Source: Halobacteriovoraceae bacterium (GTDB taxonomy: Bacteria; Bdellovibrionota; Bacteriovoracia; Bacteriovoracales; Bacteriovoracaceae). Taken from it: a DNA stretch of 64,000 nt. Where the stretch lies: the NCBI GenBank assembly GCA_963719505.1, contig CAVRCF010000002.1, positions 352,001-416,000 of the forward strand. Direction: 5' to 3'. Position numbers and translations under genes: made by a program. Of the stretch, positions 9,425 through 21,073 are shown piece by piece (position 1 is the stretch's first letter; each line of letters opens with the position of its first letter). A model generated the notes under the pieces. That model was not told the origin of the DNA, searched no databases, and saw only the letters and a list, made by a program, of their open reading frames with translations.

Positions 9425-11185
9425 ATGTACAAATTAAGGGGCTATCAAAAAGATGCCGTGAGTCAGACAATTAAATACTTTCAAAAGAAAAGACAACCGG
9501 CTGTCATTGTTTTGCCAACAGGAGCTGGTAAGAGTTTAGTTATCGCAGAGCTTGCTAAGCTTGCTTTGGGACGAGTGCTTGTTTTGGCCCACGTCAAAGA
9601 GCTGGTAGAGCAAAACCATGCAAAATTTGAAAGCTATGGATTGAGTGCTGGTATTTATTCAGCAGGGCTGAATAAAAAAGAGAGCTCGCATAAGGTTATC
9701 TTTGGCAGTATTCAATCTGTTGCCCGAGCGCAGGAGGACTTTTTCGAAAACTTCAGTCTGCTCGTTATTGATGAGTGCCATCGGGTTGGCCTAGAGCCAG
9801 ACACGCAGTATCGATCAGTGATTGATAAACTTAAAAAGCTAAACCCAGAACTTTGTGTTCTCGGACTCACCGCAACACCATATCGTTTAGGTCTTGGTTG
9901 GATTTTTAATTTTGATGCTGAGGGCTCAACTTTGACAAACGAGTCGCGCTTTTTTAGCCAGTGCATTTTTGAACTTCCCCTGGAATACATGATTGAAAAT
10001 AAATTTCTCACTCCACCAATCAAAGTTGATATCCCGGTGACTTGTTATGACTTTTCAGAACTTGTGCAAGATGGTCAAAAGTTTAAAATTAAAGACATTG
10101 AGAGACTTCTCAAGGAGCAAAGAAGTTTAACTCCTCTTATCGTGAAAAATATTATCGACATAACGACTGTCTATAAGAGGCAAGGAGTGATGATCTTTTG
10201 CTCAACGATCAAGCACGCGAAAGAAATTGTTGATTGTCTTCCTAAAGGTGAGGCAAAACTTGTTATAGGAGATACAGATTCTAGTGAGAGGTATCAGATT
10301 ATAGAGAGCTTCAAGCAAAGGCAATTTAAATACCTGGTGAATGTGTCTGTTCTCACAACAGGTTTTGATGCCCCTCATGTCGACGTCATAGCCATCTTGC
10401 GTCCAACGGAATCGGTGAGTTTGTATCAGCAGATTATTGGTCGAGGCCTAAGATTGTCAGCTTCGAAGAAGGACTGCTATGTTCTCGACTATGCAGGAAT
10501 GGGACATAATATCTATAGACCAACTGTGAAAGATAAAAGACCCAAACCAGAATCAGTCAGAGTGCGAGTTAAATGTCCTCAGTGTTGTTTTATAAATACT
10601 TTTTGGGGAATTAAAAACCTTGATGGAGAAGTCGTTGAACACTTTGGAAGAACTTGTCGAGGGGGAACTAAAGATGCTCTGAGCTTCGAAGTTAAGCCTT
10701 GTGGGTACCGTTTTCGTTTTAAGATTTGTGATAAGTGTTTTCATCAAAATGATATGATGGCCAAAGAGTGTGAAAGTTGCCATCATGAACTCATCGACTC
10801 AGATGCCAAACTCAAACAAGCAAAACTTTCTAAAGACTCCCACGTCTTAACACCGGAGACATTTATTTTTGATCAAGGGGTGGATGATGAGGGGAGTGAG
10901 TACCTCGAAATTAGATACTACGATTTTAATGGTGATTTTTTAAAAGAAACTCACTACCTTCAAGAAGAAGTAGACAGGCAAAGGTTTGAGATTAATTTTT
11001 TGCGCTCACACAAAAAAATCCCTGAATTTAAGTTTCATTTTTTAAATCCTCAAGACGTCATAAAGAAACAAGGTCTTTTTCGACAGCCCTCTTTTATTAT
11101 TGGGCGAAAGAAGGGGAAAGAGTGGAGAATTACAGAAAAGATTTTTGCAGAAGGACTAGGTAAGATTAAGCCCCAATTTGAATAA
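9425..11185 (+). CDS. radD: RadD/YejH-like SF2 DNA-repair helicase with Zn-finger
   Basis: LPTGAGKS, DECH, LTATPYR, VLTTGFDAP, QIIGRGLR and C-terminal Cys clusters. Confidence 0.85.
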   Translation: MYKLRGYQKDAVSQTIKYFQKKRQPAVIVLPTGAGKSLVIAELAKLALGRVLVLAHVKELVEQNHAKFESYGLSAGIYSAGLNKKESSHKVIFGSIQSVARAQEDFFENFSLLVIDECHRVGLEPDTQYRSVIDKLKKLNPELCVLGLTATPYRLGLGWIFNFDAEGSTLTNESRFFSQCIFELPLEYMIENKFLTPPIKVDIPVTCYDFSELVQDGQKFKIKDIERLLKEQRSLTPLIVKNIIDITTVYKRQGVMIFCSTIKHAKEIVDCLPKGEAKLVIGDTDSSERYQIIESFKQRQFKYLVNVSVLTTGFDAPHVDVIAILRPTESVSLYQQIIGRGLRLSASKKDCYVLDYAGMGHNIYRPTVKDKRPKPESVRVRVKCPQCCFINTFWGIKNLDGEVVEHFGRTCRGGTKDALSFEVKPCGYRFRFKICDKCFHQNDMMAKECESCHHELIDSDAKLKQAKLSKDSHVLTPETFIFDQGVDDEGSEYLEIRYYDFNGDFLKETHYLQEEVDRQRFEINFLRSHKKIPEFKFHFLNPQDVIKKQGLFRQPSFIIGRKKGKEWRITEKIFAEGLGKIKPQFE

Positions 11186-11245
11186 CGCACTGTCTTTTGG
11201 GCGATTTATTTTGATTTAGTGGATGAGTAAATATATAAATTCTCT

Positions 11246-14041
11246 ATGATAAAACTACTTTTAATTTTCTTAGTGAGCTTAAGCTCTTACGGTCAAGCTA
11301 TTGACTACTCTCAAAGCTCTTCCGATATATCCTGGAAAACAATTTCAAATGACTTTGTAAAACTCATCTATCCAGATTACCTAAAGGATGATTCCGTTTA
11401 TCTGGCTAACCTTATTGAACATTACTCAAAAGATGTTGGTCAAAGCTACCAAATAGAGAGGCCAGAACAGATTACTGTTATTATTAGACCAGAGACTTCT
11501 CAGCCAAATGGATTTGTGACTCTTGGGCCAAGGCGAAGTGAGTGGTTTTCAAGTTCAATGTACTCGCCATTTCTCGGTGGACTCGAATGGTATCAAGCTC
11601 TTTCCATTCACGAATATCGACATGTTCTCCAATACGACTATTCGAGAAAAGGTATTATTAAATTTTTAGATCTTGCCCTAGGGGACAGTGGCTATAGTGC
11701 GGGGTTATTCCTAGGACTTCCATCTTGGTTTTTTGAAGGTGATGCTGTTTGGGCCGAGACAAAGTATACCGATGCAGGACGAGGAAGGTCTCCTCGATTT
11801 TTAGCGCGTTTAAAATCATTGATTAAAGGTCATGATATTCCAAGCTATGACGAATTTCTTGGAGGCAGTTTTAATAGACCGCTTCCTAATCACTACGTCT
11901 ACGGCTATATCTTAGTCTCAAGTGCCACAAAGAGGTTTGGTGATGACTTTTGGCAAAAGGTTATCAAGTACGTTGCCGATTTTCCTCATCCCTATAGAAT
12001 CTACAGCGGAATAGAGAAATTTTCTGGGATGGAATTTGAAGACTTTTACAATGAGACAATGAATGAGCTCAAAGATGAGTGGCAAGGTTCTCAAAAGTCA
12101 GAAGATAAGAAGTATTCAGATATAAAGTTTCCCACCATGATTGATGGAGAGTTGATTTCTGTTGTTTATGATCTTGATCATTATTGGAGCCTTTACAGAG
12201 GAGACAAAAAATTAACTGAAATCCCTTTTTCAAATGATTTAACCCGAATGAGCTTCTCAAAAAAGAATGCCGTTTATAATCAGTATCTGCCTTCTCCAAG
12301 ATTTGACTATAAAGAGAGTTCAGATCTTATCTTAGTCGATCTAAAAAGCGCAGAGACAAAAAAAATCACTGATGGCTTAAGACTTTATAATCCTTCTTTT
12401 AATCGATCTGGAGATAAAATTCTAGCAACTTTATTTGATGAAGAAAATAACTGGTCGATTGCCGAATTTAATCTCGAAGGTGAGAGGACTAAAAAGTGGT
12501 TTTTTAAAGATTTAAAAATTGCAGAGTCTCACTATATTGGAGATGAGTCGGCCGTCGCTGTTGTGATTAATAAAATTGGTGAAAAAAGTATTGTCAGATT
12601 TGACTTAAACTCTAAAAAGACAAATCTAGAAACACTTCTTCCATTTTCTCGAAACACAATTTTCAATCTTAATATTACCAAAGAAGAGGATATTTTGTTT
12701 GAAGCCCAAAAAAATGGTGTTGTTGATATCTTTAGATTTTCCCCCTCTGGCGTCCTTTCTCAGTGTACACAAGCAAGTATTATGGCGACAACGCCCTCTT
12801 CAGATGGAGAATTCCTTTATTTTAGTGACCAAGTTGAAAATGGATCTGTGGTGGGAAAGACTCTTCTTTCAAATTGTAAAGAAGTGAGTGTTAATGAAAT
12901 TATAGATTATAAATATTTAGGAAAGAATAGTTCAGATGCTTACAATGACTTCAAGCTAGAGAAGTTTCCAAATTTTGCAGATCTTGTCACCCAAGACGAT
13001 GATCGATATAAAGCTGAAGACTACGGCCATATTGACTCTAGACTTTTCGTTCCTCACTCTTGGAACTTTTTTGGGGGGAATGGTTTCCAGCTTTCAACTC
13101 AAACAGATAATTACCTAAGAACTTTATCTCTTGGAGCCACTATTGGAGAGGATGGATCTGAAAACGTTAATTACTCCGAGTTTACTTTGGCCTTTAAAAA
13201 ATACTATCCTATCTTCGCTCTTTCTGCAGGTGCTCGAAATAGAAGTCTCAACCCAATAGGTTTTTCGAATTCTTTGTCATGGGAGGAGAAGTCTGCACAG
13301 CTCAATATAGTCATTCCATATATCTACTCTTTTGGACTTTTTAACTTTGGCTCTCAACTGGTCCTAAGCGGTGGGTATCTCGATGCTTCGGACTATAAGT
13401 ATAATGATGAAAGTATTGAAAGAGAGTCAAGCTACTTTTACACGAGCTCTGTGACTGCTTCATTTAAGCTGTCTAAGAGTTTAAATGCTCGTTCTATTCA
13501 ATCGCCACTGGAAGTTGGATACACGGTTAAATACGACGACCTTGACAGTCAAAAAGTAGAGGCGCACTCATCTTATAGACTCTTTCAAAACCTTGATGTA
13601 AAGGTGCCGGGATTTTTTCTCCATGATGGTTTCAAGTTAGAGTTACAAGAAGAGAGACATAAAGAGGATAGAGCTGCTTACCTCATTTCACCTTCTACAA
13701 CAGATCCAACCGAGAATATTTTTTCAAGAGGTTATGGATATGAAAGTTTCGCTAAGTATTCTAAAGCTTCTTTGAATTATGTTTTTACACTTGGATATCC
13801 AGATTACAATCTTTGGAATTTCGCTTACACAAAAAGGGTTGTGACAAATCTCTTTTTTGATTCAACAAGACTCGATCTTATTGAGCGGGAAAAAACCTTA
13901 AACAGCTTGGGCTCAGAGGTAGAGTTTGAGACTATGTTTTTTAGATTAATTCAGCTCAATTGGGGAATAAGATACTCTTATCGACTCAGAGATAGTGAAA
14001 GCGTCGGTGAGCTCTATTTTGCTAGTGATCTCTCTTTTTAA
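11246..14041 (+). CDS. Exported protein: N-terminal HExxH metallopeptidase-like domain, TolB-like propeller, C-terminal outer-membrane barrel-like region
   Basis: Signal peptide, HEYRH...WFFEGDA, propeller-like repeats (YNPSFNRSGDKI) and a terminal Phe. Confidence 0.6.
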   Translation: MIKLLLIFLVSLSSYGQAIDYSQSSSDISWKTISNDFVKLIYPDYLKDDSVYLANLIEHYSKDVGQSYQIERPEQITVIIRPETSQPNGFVTLGPRRSEWFSSSMYSPFLGGLEWYQALSIHEYRHVLQYDYSRKGIIKFLDLALGDSGYSAGLFLGLPSWFFEGDAVWAETKYTDAGRGRSPRFLARLKSLIKGHDIPSYDEFLGGSFNRPLPNHYVYGYILVSSATKRFGDDFWQKVIKYVADFPHPYRIYSGIEKFSGMEFEDFYNETMNELKDEWQGSQKSEDKKYSDIKFPTMIDGELISVVYDLDHYWSLYRGDKKLTEIPFSNDLTRMSFSKKNAVYNQYLPSPRFDYKESSDLILVDLKSAETKKITDGLRLYNPSFNRSGDKILATLFDEENNWSIAEFNLEGERTKKWFFKDLKIAESHYIGDESAVAVVINKIGEKSIVRFDLNSKKTNLETLLPFSRNTIFNLNITKEEDILFEAQKNGVVDIFRFSPSGVLSQCTQASIMATTPSSDGEFLYFSDQVENGSVVGKTLLSNCKEVSVNEIIDYKYLGKNSSDAYNDFKLEKFPNFADLVTQDDDRYKAEDYGHIDSRLFVPHSWNFFGGNGFQLSTQTDNYLRTLSLGATIGEDGSENVNYSEFTLAFKKYYPIFALSAGARNRSLNPIGFSNSLSWEEKSAQLNIVIPYIYSFGLFNFGSQLVLSGGYLDASDYKYNDESIERESSYFYTSSVTASFKLSKSLNARSIQSPLEVGYTVKYDDLDSQKVEAHSSYRLFQNLDVKVPGFFLHDGFKLELQEERHKEDRAAYLISPSTTDPTENIFSRGYGYESFAKYSKASLNYVFTLGYPDYNLWNFAYTKRVVTNLFFDSTRLDLIEREKTLNSLGSEVEFETMFFRLIQLNWGIRYSYRLRDSESVGELYFASDLSF

Positions 14042-14223
14042 AAGGGAGATAGGTTTTTACTATGGTTATAGCTTATATTTACCTTAATAAAAATTTAGGT
14101 TGTGTAACTCTTTCATATCAAGTGAATTGATTGTTACATATTTGGTTTTAACATATGTCTGCATCTTGATTTGTGAAACAACTATGGTATTTAATCATCT
14201 TAGATGAATTTAGAGGAGTCGGG

Positions 14224-14538
14224 ATGAATACCACGGATGTTTTATTATCAAACCCAAGCACAAGAAAAATTGTCTTTTTCTTTGTCGAAAACTTACCCAA
14301 AAGAGTTGGGTCAATAAGGCTAGACCTTGAATCTGAGTCTAGAATTGAGTTGAGAAATCATGCCCATGAACTCAAGGGGACTGCCGCATCTTTTGGTTTT
14401 ATGGATATTTCCGACCTTGCTTCTGAGTTAGAAACACAAGCCGAAAGTAGCTCTTATGAGTCTCTTGAAAAATACCTTCGTAAAATGGAACTTTTATCTA
14501 TTGAAGTATGTAGTAGTTTTGAAAATAGGATTCATTAG
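14224..14538 (+). CDS. Hpt (histidine phosphotransfer) protein
   Basis: AHELKGTAASFGF motif. RBS GAGGAG precedes ATG at 14224. Confidence 0.85.
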   Translation: MNTTDVLLSNPSTRKIVFFFVENLPKRVGSIRLDLESESRIELRNHAHELKGTAASFGFMDISDLASELETQAESSSYESLEKYLRKMELLSIEVCSSFENRIH

Positions 14539-14803
14539 AACAACCCCTTCGCTTTTAGACTTTTTGCTTTCAGGGCAATTAAGGAAATTTAACTTAATGC
14601 GGCGCCAAAGTTCCCTTTACGGAAGCTTTATCACTATGCTAATCTTTATCAAAGTTTATTGAAGTCGAATCTAGGCTGATGCGAAAACTAAACGAATATA
14701 CGGTGCCCGGGCACAGGTATAAAGCTCTCGATAATTCTCAAAGCTTCTTTCCACTTTTTACACGATAAATATATAACGGCTTTTGGCTTAGGTTTGTAAA
14801 AAT

Positions 14804-17800
14804 ATGTCACAACGAGAAACTCATTCAAAAGATAATTTAAAGACTTCAACTCCTATTGTCGCCGTTGGTGCTTCTGCTGGTGGACTTGACGCTTTTCAAA
14901 AATTTCTGAGTCATTTACCTAGTGATTCAGGCATGGCTTTTGTTTTAATTCAACATTTAGATCCAAATCATAAAACCATGATGCCTGACATTCTTAGTAG
15001 CTCTACCAATATGAAGATTGAAGAGGTTAAAAGTAAGGTTGAGATTAAAAAAAATCATATTTATTTTATAGCGCCCAATTCAACTTTAACAATTGATGGA
15101 AAGTTTCTTGTTTCACAAAAGCCAAAACAGGCCCATGGCCACAGATTGCCCATTGATATTTTCTTTCAGTCTCTTGCCGAAAATAAAAAGTCAGATGCTA
15201 TTGGTGTTATTTTATCAGGGACAGGTTCTGATGGTTCAATAGGTATAAAGGCTATTAAAGAGGCTGGGGGATTAACCTTTGCTCAGGATTTAGAGTCATC
15301 CAAATATGATAATATGCCTCGTTCCGCTGTTGCAACTGGGATGGTTGACTTTGTAATGGATATACAGTCTATGTCAGAGCATCTGGTTGATTATGTTAAT
15401 CATAAACTGAACTCTGATCATGAAAGATCAACTCCCTCTGATGAGGCAAAGGTGATCCTTCATGATGTTTGTCGACATCTTCATCGCCACCTCAATCACG
15501 ACTTTTCAAAATATAAAGAAAACACATTGTTGAGACGGATCCATCGTCGAATGCAAATGCGCCAGCTAGATTCTGGAGCGGACTATTTAGCAGTAGTAAA
15601 ACAAAATAAAGAAGAAGCAAAAGCACTGTTGAATGATTTTTTAATAGGTGTTACCTATTTTTTTAGAGATGCAGAAGTTTTTAAATATCTTAAATCGGAT
15701 GTCATTCCGGAAATTTTGAAAAAGAACAAAGATCTCGTGAGACTTTGGGTTCCAGGCTGTGCCTCTGGTGAAGAAGCTTATAGTCTTGCTATTTTACTTA
15801 AAGAAGTAATGGATGAGTTAGATGTTGATCCCAAAAGTACAGATTTTTGGAACAGATCTTGATGAAAGAAGTGTTGCGACGGCCAGAGCCGGACTTTATA
15901 GTGAAGGAATTGCCGAGCATGTAAGTCCAAAAAGACTAAAGCGTTTTTTTGATAGAGTCGGAAATAATTATGAAGTGGGTAAGTCACTCAGAGAAATGTG
16001 TCTCTTTTCAAAGCACGACCTCCTGCAAGATCCTCCCTTTGCAAAAATTGATTTAGTTTCATGTCGAAACCTTTTGATTTATTTTGGACCAGAGTTACAA
16101 GTCAATGTTATGGCTTTGTTCACATACTCGGTCAAAAATAATGGATTCTTACTTTTAGGCCCGACAGAATCTATGAGGGGCGAGAACAGTCAGTTTGAAT
16201 GCATAAATAAAGAATACAAGGTTTTCAAAAACTTGAACTCTTACTATCTACCAAAAATTAATTTCCCTTTGAAGTTTACGGGTATTACAAAGACAGATTC
16301 TGTAACCAGTAACTCTCAAGAGCCAAATCAATTTAGACAGCACAATAGTTTCAGTCAGCAAGTCGACAATCTTATTTTAAGAAAACATATCCCGGCTCAT
16401 GTTATTATTGATAAAAACTTTGATGTTCAATTCTTTTCACATAATCTAGAAGGCTTGATCATTCCTTCAAAAGGTGTTCCTTCAAATAATCTTGTCCAAG
16501 TTATCGAGCCTTCTTTACGAGTGGAGCTTAGGTCGCTTCTGTCAAAGGCCTCTCGAGAGTCGAAACCCGTTAAGAAAGAGAGAATCCTATTTAGAGATGG
16601 TGAAAAACACTTCCACTTAACGATTACAATAGAGCTACTTTCTGAAGAGGAAGGACTCGAAAATTTTTTTCTCGTTGTTTTTGACAAGGTGAAGGTTAAG
16701 AAAAAAACTGTGGAGACAGGAAACTCTTTGGTCACAAGTGGCGATGTAGACTCAAAAGAAGTTGAGCATTTACAGGCTGAAATAAGAAGTATGAAGGAGC
16801 AACTACGCTCAACAGTAGAAGACTTAGAGCATGCCAACGAAGATTTAAAAAGTTCAAATGAAGAACTCTTATCTCTTAATGAAGAGATGCAATCGGGAAA
16901 TGAAGAGTTACAAACCTCCCACGAAGAAATGCAGTCAGTGAATGAGGAGTTGGAAACTGTTAATATGGAACTTTCCACAAAGGTTGTTCAGTTAGATGCT
17001 GCTAATAGTGACTTAGAAAACTTATTTAGAAGCACTGAAATTGCAACCATATTCTTAGATAATAATTTGAGAATAAAAAGATATACTCCAAGAGCAAAAG
17101 CAATTTTCAATTTTATAGAAAGTGATCTTAATAGGCCCCTTACAGACCTAGCCTTTACTTTTGAAGGCTATGATATTGAAAAAGAACTATTTGAGGTCGT
17201 GAGACTACTTGTCTCAAAAGTTCAAACAGTGAAGATGAGTAAAACCAATAAATGGTTTAAACTTCAAATGCACCCCTATAAAACGATAAATAATGTTATT
17301 GAAGGTGCTATCATTTCTCTTCATGAAATAACTGAGCTCAAAGAGGCAGAAAAGGAATTAAGCGACAGACTGTCTCAGCAGGTTTCCGTAGCGGACTTTG
17401 GATTTAAAGCTCTCTCCAACGAAATGGAGCTTTCAAGACTTAAAAAGCACGCCGTTCGAATTCTCAAAGAGACATTGAGAGTTGACTTCACCAAGATATT
17501 AGAACTTTCTGATTCGGGGACCAGTTTACTGCTCGTAGAAGGTCTCGGCTGGAATTTTAATGAGGGCGATGAAGTCAGAGTAGGAGTTCAGCTCGAATCT
17601 CAAGCAGGTTATACTTTGCATTCTAAATACCCAGTTCTCGTTGATGATCTTTTAGTGGAGAAACGTTTCCAAGGCCCTCCACTTCTTACAGACCATGGAG
17701 TGCGAAGCGGAATTAGTGTCACGATTAAAGGTCAAAGTGGTAAAGCGTATGGTGTTTTGGGCGTACACTCTAGAACAGCCCATCATCTTTCTGAGCAAGA

Positions 17801-19406
17801 TATTCAATACGTACAATCAATAGCCAATACTTTGGCCACTGCAATTGAGAGACATGACCTCATAGAGACTAAAACAAGACTTGCTCAAATCGTTAATGGA
17901 TCTAAAGATATTATCTTTAGCTGTAATAGAGATGAAATAATTAACTCTTGGAACCCAGCTGCTGAGAAAGCATACGATATAAAGGCTAAGAATGTTTTAG
18001 GTAAAAGCGTCTCTGAATTTATTCTTGGTAAGTCCGATGTGTTAGGACTTGAAGCTTCTATTAGAAAAGTTCTTCAGGGAGAAAGTTCAGAAGAGATTAA
18101 GTGTGAGTTTTTCAATGGTATTGGAAACAGAGTGGTTCTCTCTCTTAACTTAACGGCAATTAAAAGTGGACGCGGCAAGATTGAAGGAGTCTCATTTGTT
18201 GGACGTGATATCTCTGAAGACTTAAACAATCAAAAACTTTTATTAAATGCAAAAAATGCTGCAGATGAAGCCAATGAACTCAAGAGTAGATTTATGGGAG
18301 TCCTTAGTCACGAGTTAAGAACCCCTCTTAGTTCAATTTTGGGTTATACCAATCTTTTGATAAAGGATGAAAATATAGCGGAGAAAGATAAAGGTGAATT
18401 TCTCGAAAAGGTTATAAAGAATGGTAACCTCTTGCACTCTCTTGTTAGCGATATTCTTGACGTTTCAAAAATTGAACAGGGCAAAGTCGACATAAAAAAA
18501 TCATATTTTAAATTGAAAGACTATATTTCAGAACTGGTCTCTGCACTAAGTGCTTTGGCAGACAAGAAAGGTCTCTCACTTGAAGTTAATTATCTTGGTA
18601 AAATTCCAGACAAAATTAAGACTGATCCTTTAAGACTTAGGCAGGTAATTGAGAACTTAGTATCGAATGGAATAAAGTATACAAATAAAGGGCGAATAGA
18701 AGTTCGAATTACTGTTGAGTCCCAAGATGATGCAGGACATGCTCTTATCATTGAAGTTGAAGATACCGGCCGAGGGATGACAGAAGACAAGATGGCTAAC
18801 TTATTTTCTCCCTTTTTTAGGGCCGAACCAGGTAAGGGAGCTCCAGGTGTTGGACTCGGACTTTATTTAGCAAAAAATTTGGCTTCTCAAATGGGAGGGC
18901 GCTTATCTCTTGTTGAGACAACTGAGTCAAAAGGCTCTACCTTTAAGCTCTTTGTTCCCGTTGATGTTTCCTCAAGCGATGAAGAAACTCCTAAAAAGGA
19001 AAACTCTTTCTCTGAAGTGATTTCAAGCACAAGCTTAAAGGATAAGACAATTCTCTTGGCTGAAGATTCAGAAGATCTTCGAGGACTCTTGACTGCTTAC
19101 TTAGAGTTAGTTGGTGCCAAGGTGGATGCCTTTGAAAATGGTAAACTGGCTTTGGCAGCTCTAAAGAAAAATGTTTACGACCTGGCGATTCTTGATCTTT
19201 TTATGCCTGAAATGGATGGTAAAGAACTAGTTGGAGAGATGAAAAAACTCTCTTTAGATATTCCTGCTATAGTGGTTACGGCCCATGCAATGTCTAACGT
19301 GAGACAAGAGTGTCTTGATCTTGGATTTAAAGATTATGTTTCTAAACCAGTTACTCAAGAGAAACTGGTTGAAACTGTTTTAAAAAACTTAGTAAGTTTA
19401 GACTAA
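14804..19406 (+). CDS. CheB-CheR-PAS-GAF-PAS-HisKA-HATPase-REC hybrid sensor kinase, split by a +1 frameshift at A4 15833-15836
   Basis: GASAGG/IQHL/GTGSDG (CheB); FFRD, GCASGEEAYS and SCRNLLIY (CheR); EELQ coiled coil; SHELRTPL, GxGLGL and a REC domain. Removing one A restores DVDPKVQIFGTD. Confidence 0.88.
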
Positions 19407-19415
19407 ATTTAAGGA

Positions 19416-19607
19416 CTATTCGGATTTAGAGAATTTTGAATCTAATGACTCCTTTAAAGACTCAGAAAGTTTTTCTCCCACTTTAGCTGCCTGGTCATGA
19501 TCCATGAGGCCTTCGTTATAGAGAAGATCCTCTAACGTACTGTCTGTTTTAGACTTTTGAACTTTACCACCACGAGCTAAGAACTCTTCAACTGTTTCAG
19601 TTTTCAT
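19416..19607 (-). CDS. Small hypothetical protein
   Basis: RBS AAAAGGTG precedes MKTETVEEFLARGGKV. Confidence 0.65.
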   Translation of the reverse strand: MKTETVEEFLARGGKVQKSKTDSTLEDLLYNEGLMDHDQAAKVGEKLSESLKESLDSKFSKSE

Positions 19608-19661
19608 TAAACACCTTTTGATTGGGATACAGGGGATTTCTAACACAATGAAAAGATCCTT

Positions 19662-19689
19662 TAAAGTATTGCTTCACATTTTCCGATAA
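19662..19689 (+). promoter_or_regulatory. Putative sigma-28 (FliA) promoter
   Basis: TAAA-N16-TCCGATAA lies directly upstream of the M23 gene. Confidence 0.55.
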
Positions 19690-19697
19690 GTTTTGAT

Positions 19698-21050
19698 ATG
19701 ATAAATTCTAATATGTTGAAATTGTTGCTCTTTGCTGTATTCACTTTAGGCACTCAAGTGTCTTTCTCTAAATCAAATTCGTCTTTTGATACCAAACTTT
19801 CTAATTTTGATACAAAGTCAGGTGTTGTTGAAAGAGGCCAAGGGCTTTTTCAGGCATTAAGAGGTGTTGGAGTTGAAGGCGCTACTGCGCTTGAGGTCAT
19901 TAATGCTTTGAGGGATGAAGTTGAATTCTCCTCTTTAAAAGTAGGCGATGCCATTGAGGCAGATTTTAGCGATGGTAAGCTCTCTTCATTTTCCTTTTCT
20001 CAAAATCCAGCAGAATTCCACCTTTTAAAAAGGACAGGCACTGGTGATAAGTGGGTGTACACTTTTAAAGAAAAGCCCACGTTTTGGTATTCAAAAATTG
20101 TGGAAGGTTCTTTAAAGAAGGGATCAACACTCCAGGCAGACCTTATTTCTCAGGGACTTTCTAGGATCGTTACAGGCGAGGTTGTGAATATTCTTTTATG
20201 TAAAGTGAACTTTAGGCTCAATGCTAGAGAAGGCGATAAATTTAAAGTTTTAGTGAAAGAGAGAAAACTTGGCAATCAGATCATTGAGACCAAGGTGATG
20301 TATACTTCATACAGTGGGACTCGGGCTGGAAAAAATGAGGCTTTTTATTATGATGATGGAGTTAAAGGCTCAACCTTTACAGCTCATTATACCAAAGATG
20401 GCCAGGCTCTTATTCGCTCAGGGCTAAGATATCCACTCCCAAGGCTTCATATTAGATCTCACTATGGCAAGAGAACCCATCCGGTTACGGGAAGAAGGGC
20501 AATGCATAGGGGAGTTGACCTCAGAGGATACAACGGCCAGCCTGTGCGCTCTGTCGCAAGTGGTAAGGTTGTTGTTTCAAGCTATAATAAATTTGCTGGT
20601 AACAAAGTCGCAATAAGGCACAGAGATGGATCAACATCTTACTATCTTCATCTCAAAGGAAGAAGGGTGAGAGTTGGTCAGTGGGTTAGGTCGTATCAAG
20701 TTATAGGATCTGTGGGGGCAACTGGTAGAGTTACAGGACCGCATTTACACTTTGGTTTTAAAAAGCCAAACGGAAGATGGATGAATCCTATGAACAAGAG
20801 AATGATTGCAACTCCGAAACTCACTGGAGCAAGGCTAATGCAATTGGAAAAGCAGGTGCTTGTTTCTGAGTCTTTGATCGATAGTCTCGAAATTAGTCGA
20901 GTGGCAAAATACATTGTTAAAAAAATTCCAAACCAAAAAATAGAGTCTGTTTTTGATTATCTCAACTGGGATGAAAAGAAGCTTTTTAAGACATCTGCTA
21001 GATACCTTGCCCAAACAGAGACAGAGAACGTTTTAACTGTTGAAAAATAG
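19698..21050 (+). CDS. M23 family peptidoglycan DD-endopeptidase (MepM/OapA-like architecture)
   Basis: Signal peptide, HRGVD, YLHL and GPHLHF motifs. Confidence 0.9.
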   Translation: MINSNMLKLLLFAVFTLGTQVSFSKSNSSFDTKLSNFDTKSGVVERGQGLFQALRGVGVEGATALEVINALRDEVEFSSLKVGDAIEADFSDGKLSSFSFSQNPAEFHLLKRTGTGDKWVYTFKEKPTFWYSKIVEGSLKKGSTLQADLISQGLSRIVTGEVVNILLCKVNFRLNAREGDKFKVLVKERKLGNQIIETKVMYTSYSGTRAGKNEAFYYDDGVKGSTFTAHYTKDGQALIRSGLRYPLPRLHIRSHYGKRTHPVTGRRAMHRGVDLRGYNGQPVRSVASGKVVVSSYNKFAGNKVAIRHRDGSTSYYLHLKGRRVRVGQWVRSYQVIGSVGATGRVTGPHLHFGFKKPNGRWMNPMNKRMIATPKLTGARLMQLEKQVLVSESLIDSLEISRVAKYIVKKIPNQKIESVFDYLNWDEKKLFKTSARYLAQTETENVLTVEK

Positions 21051-21073
21051 ATCTCCTTTGCTAATCTAAAGAG

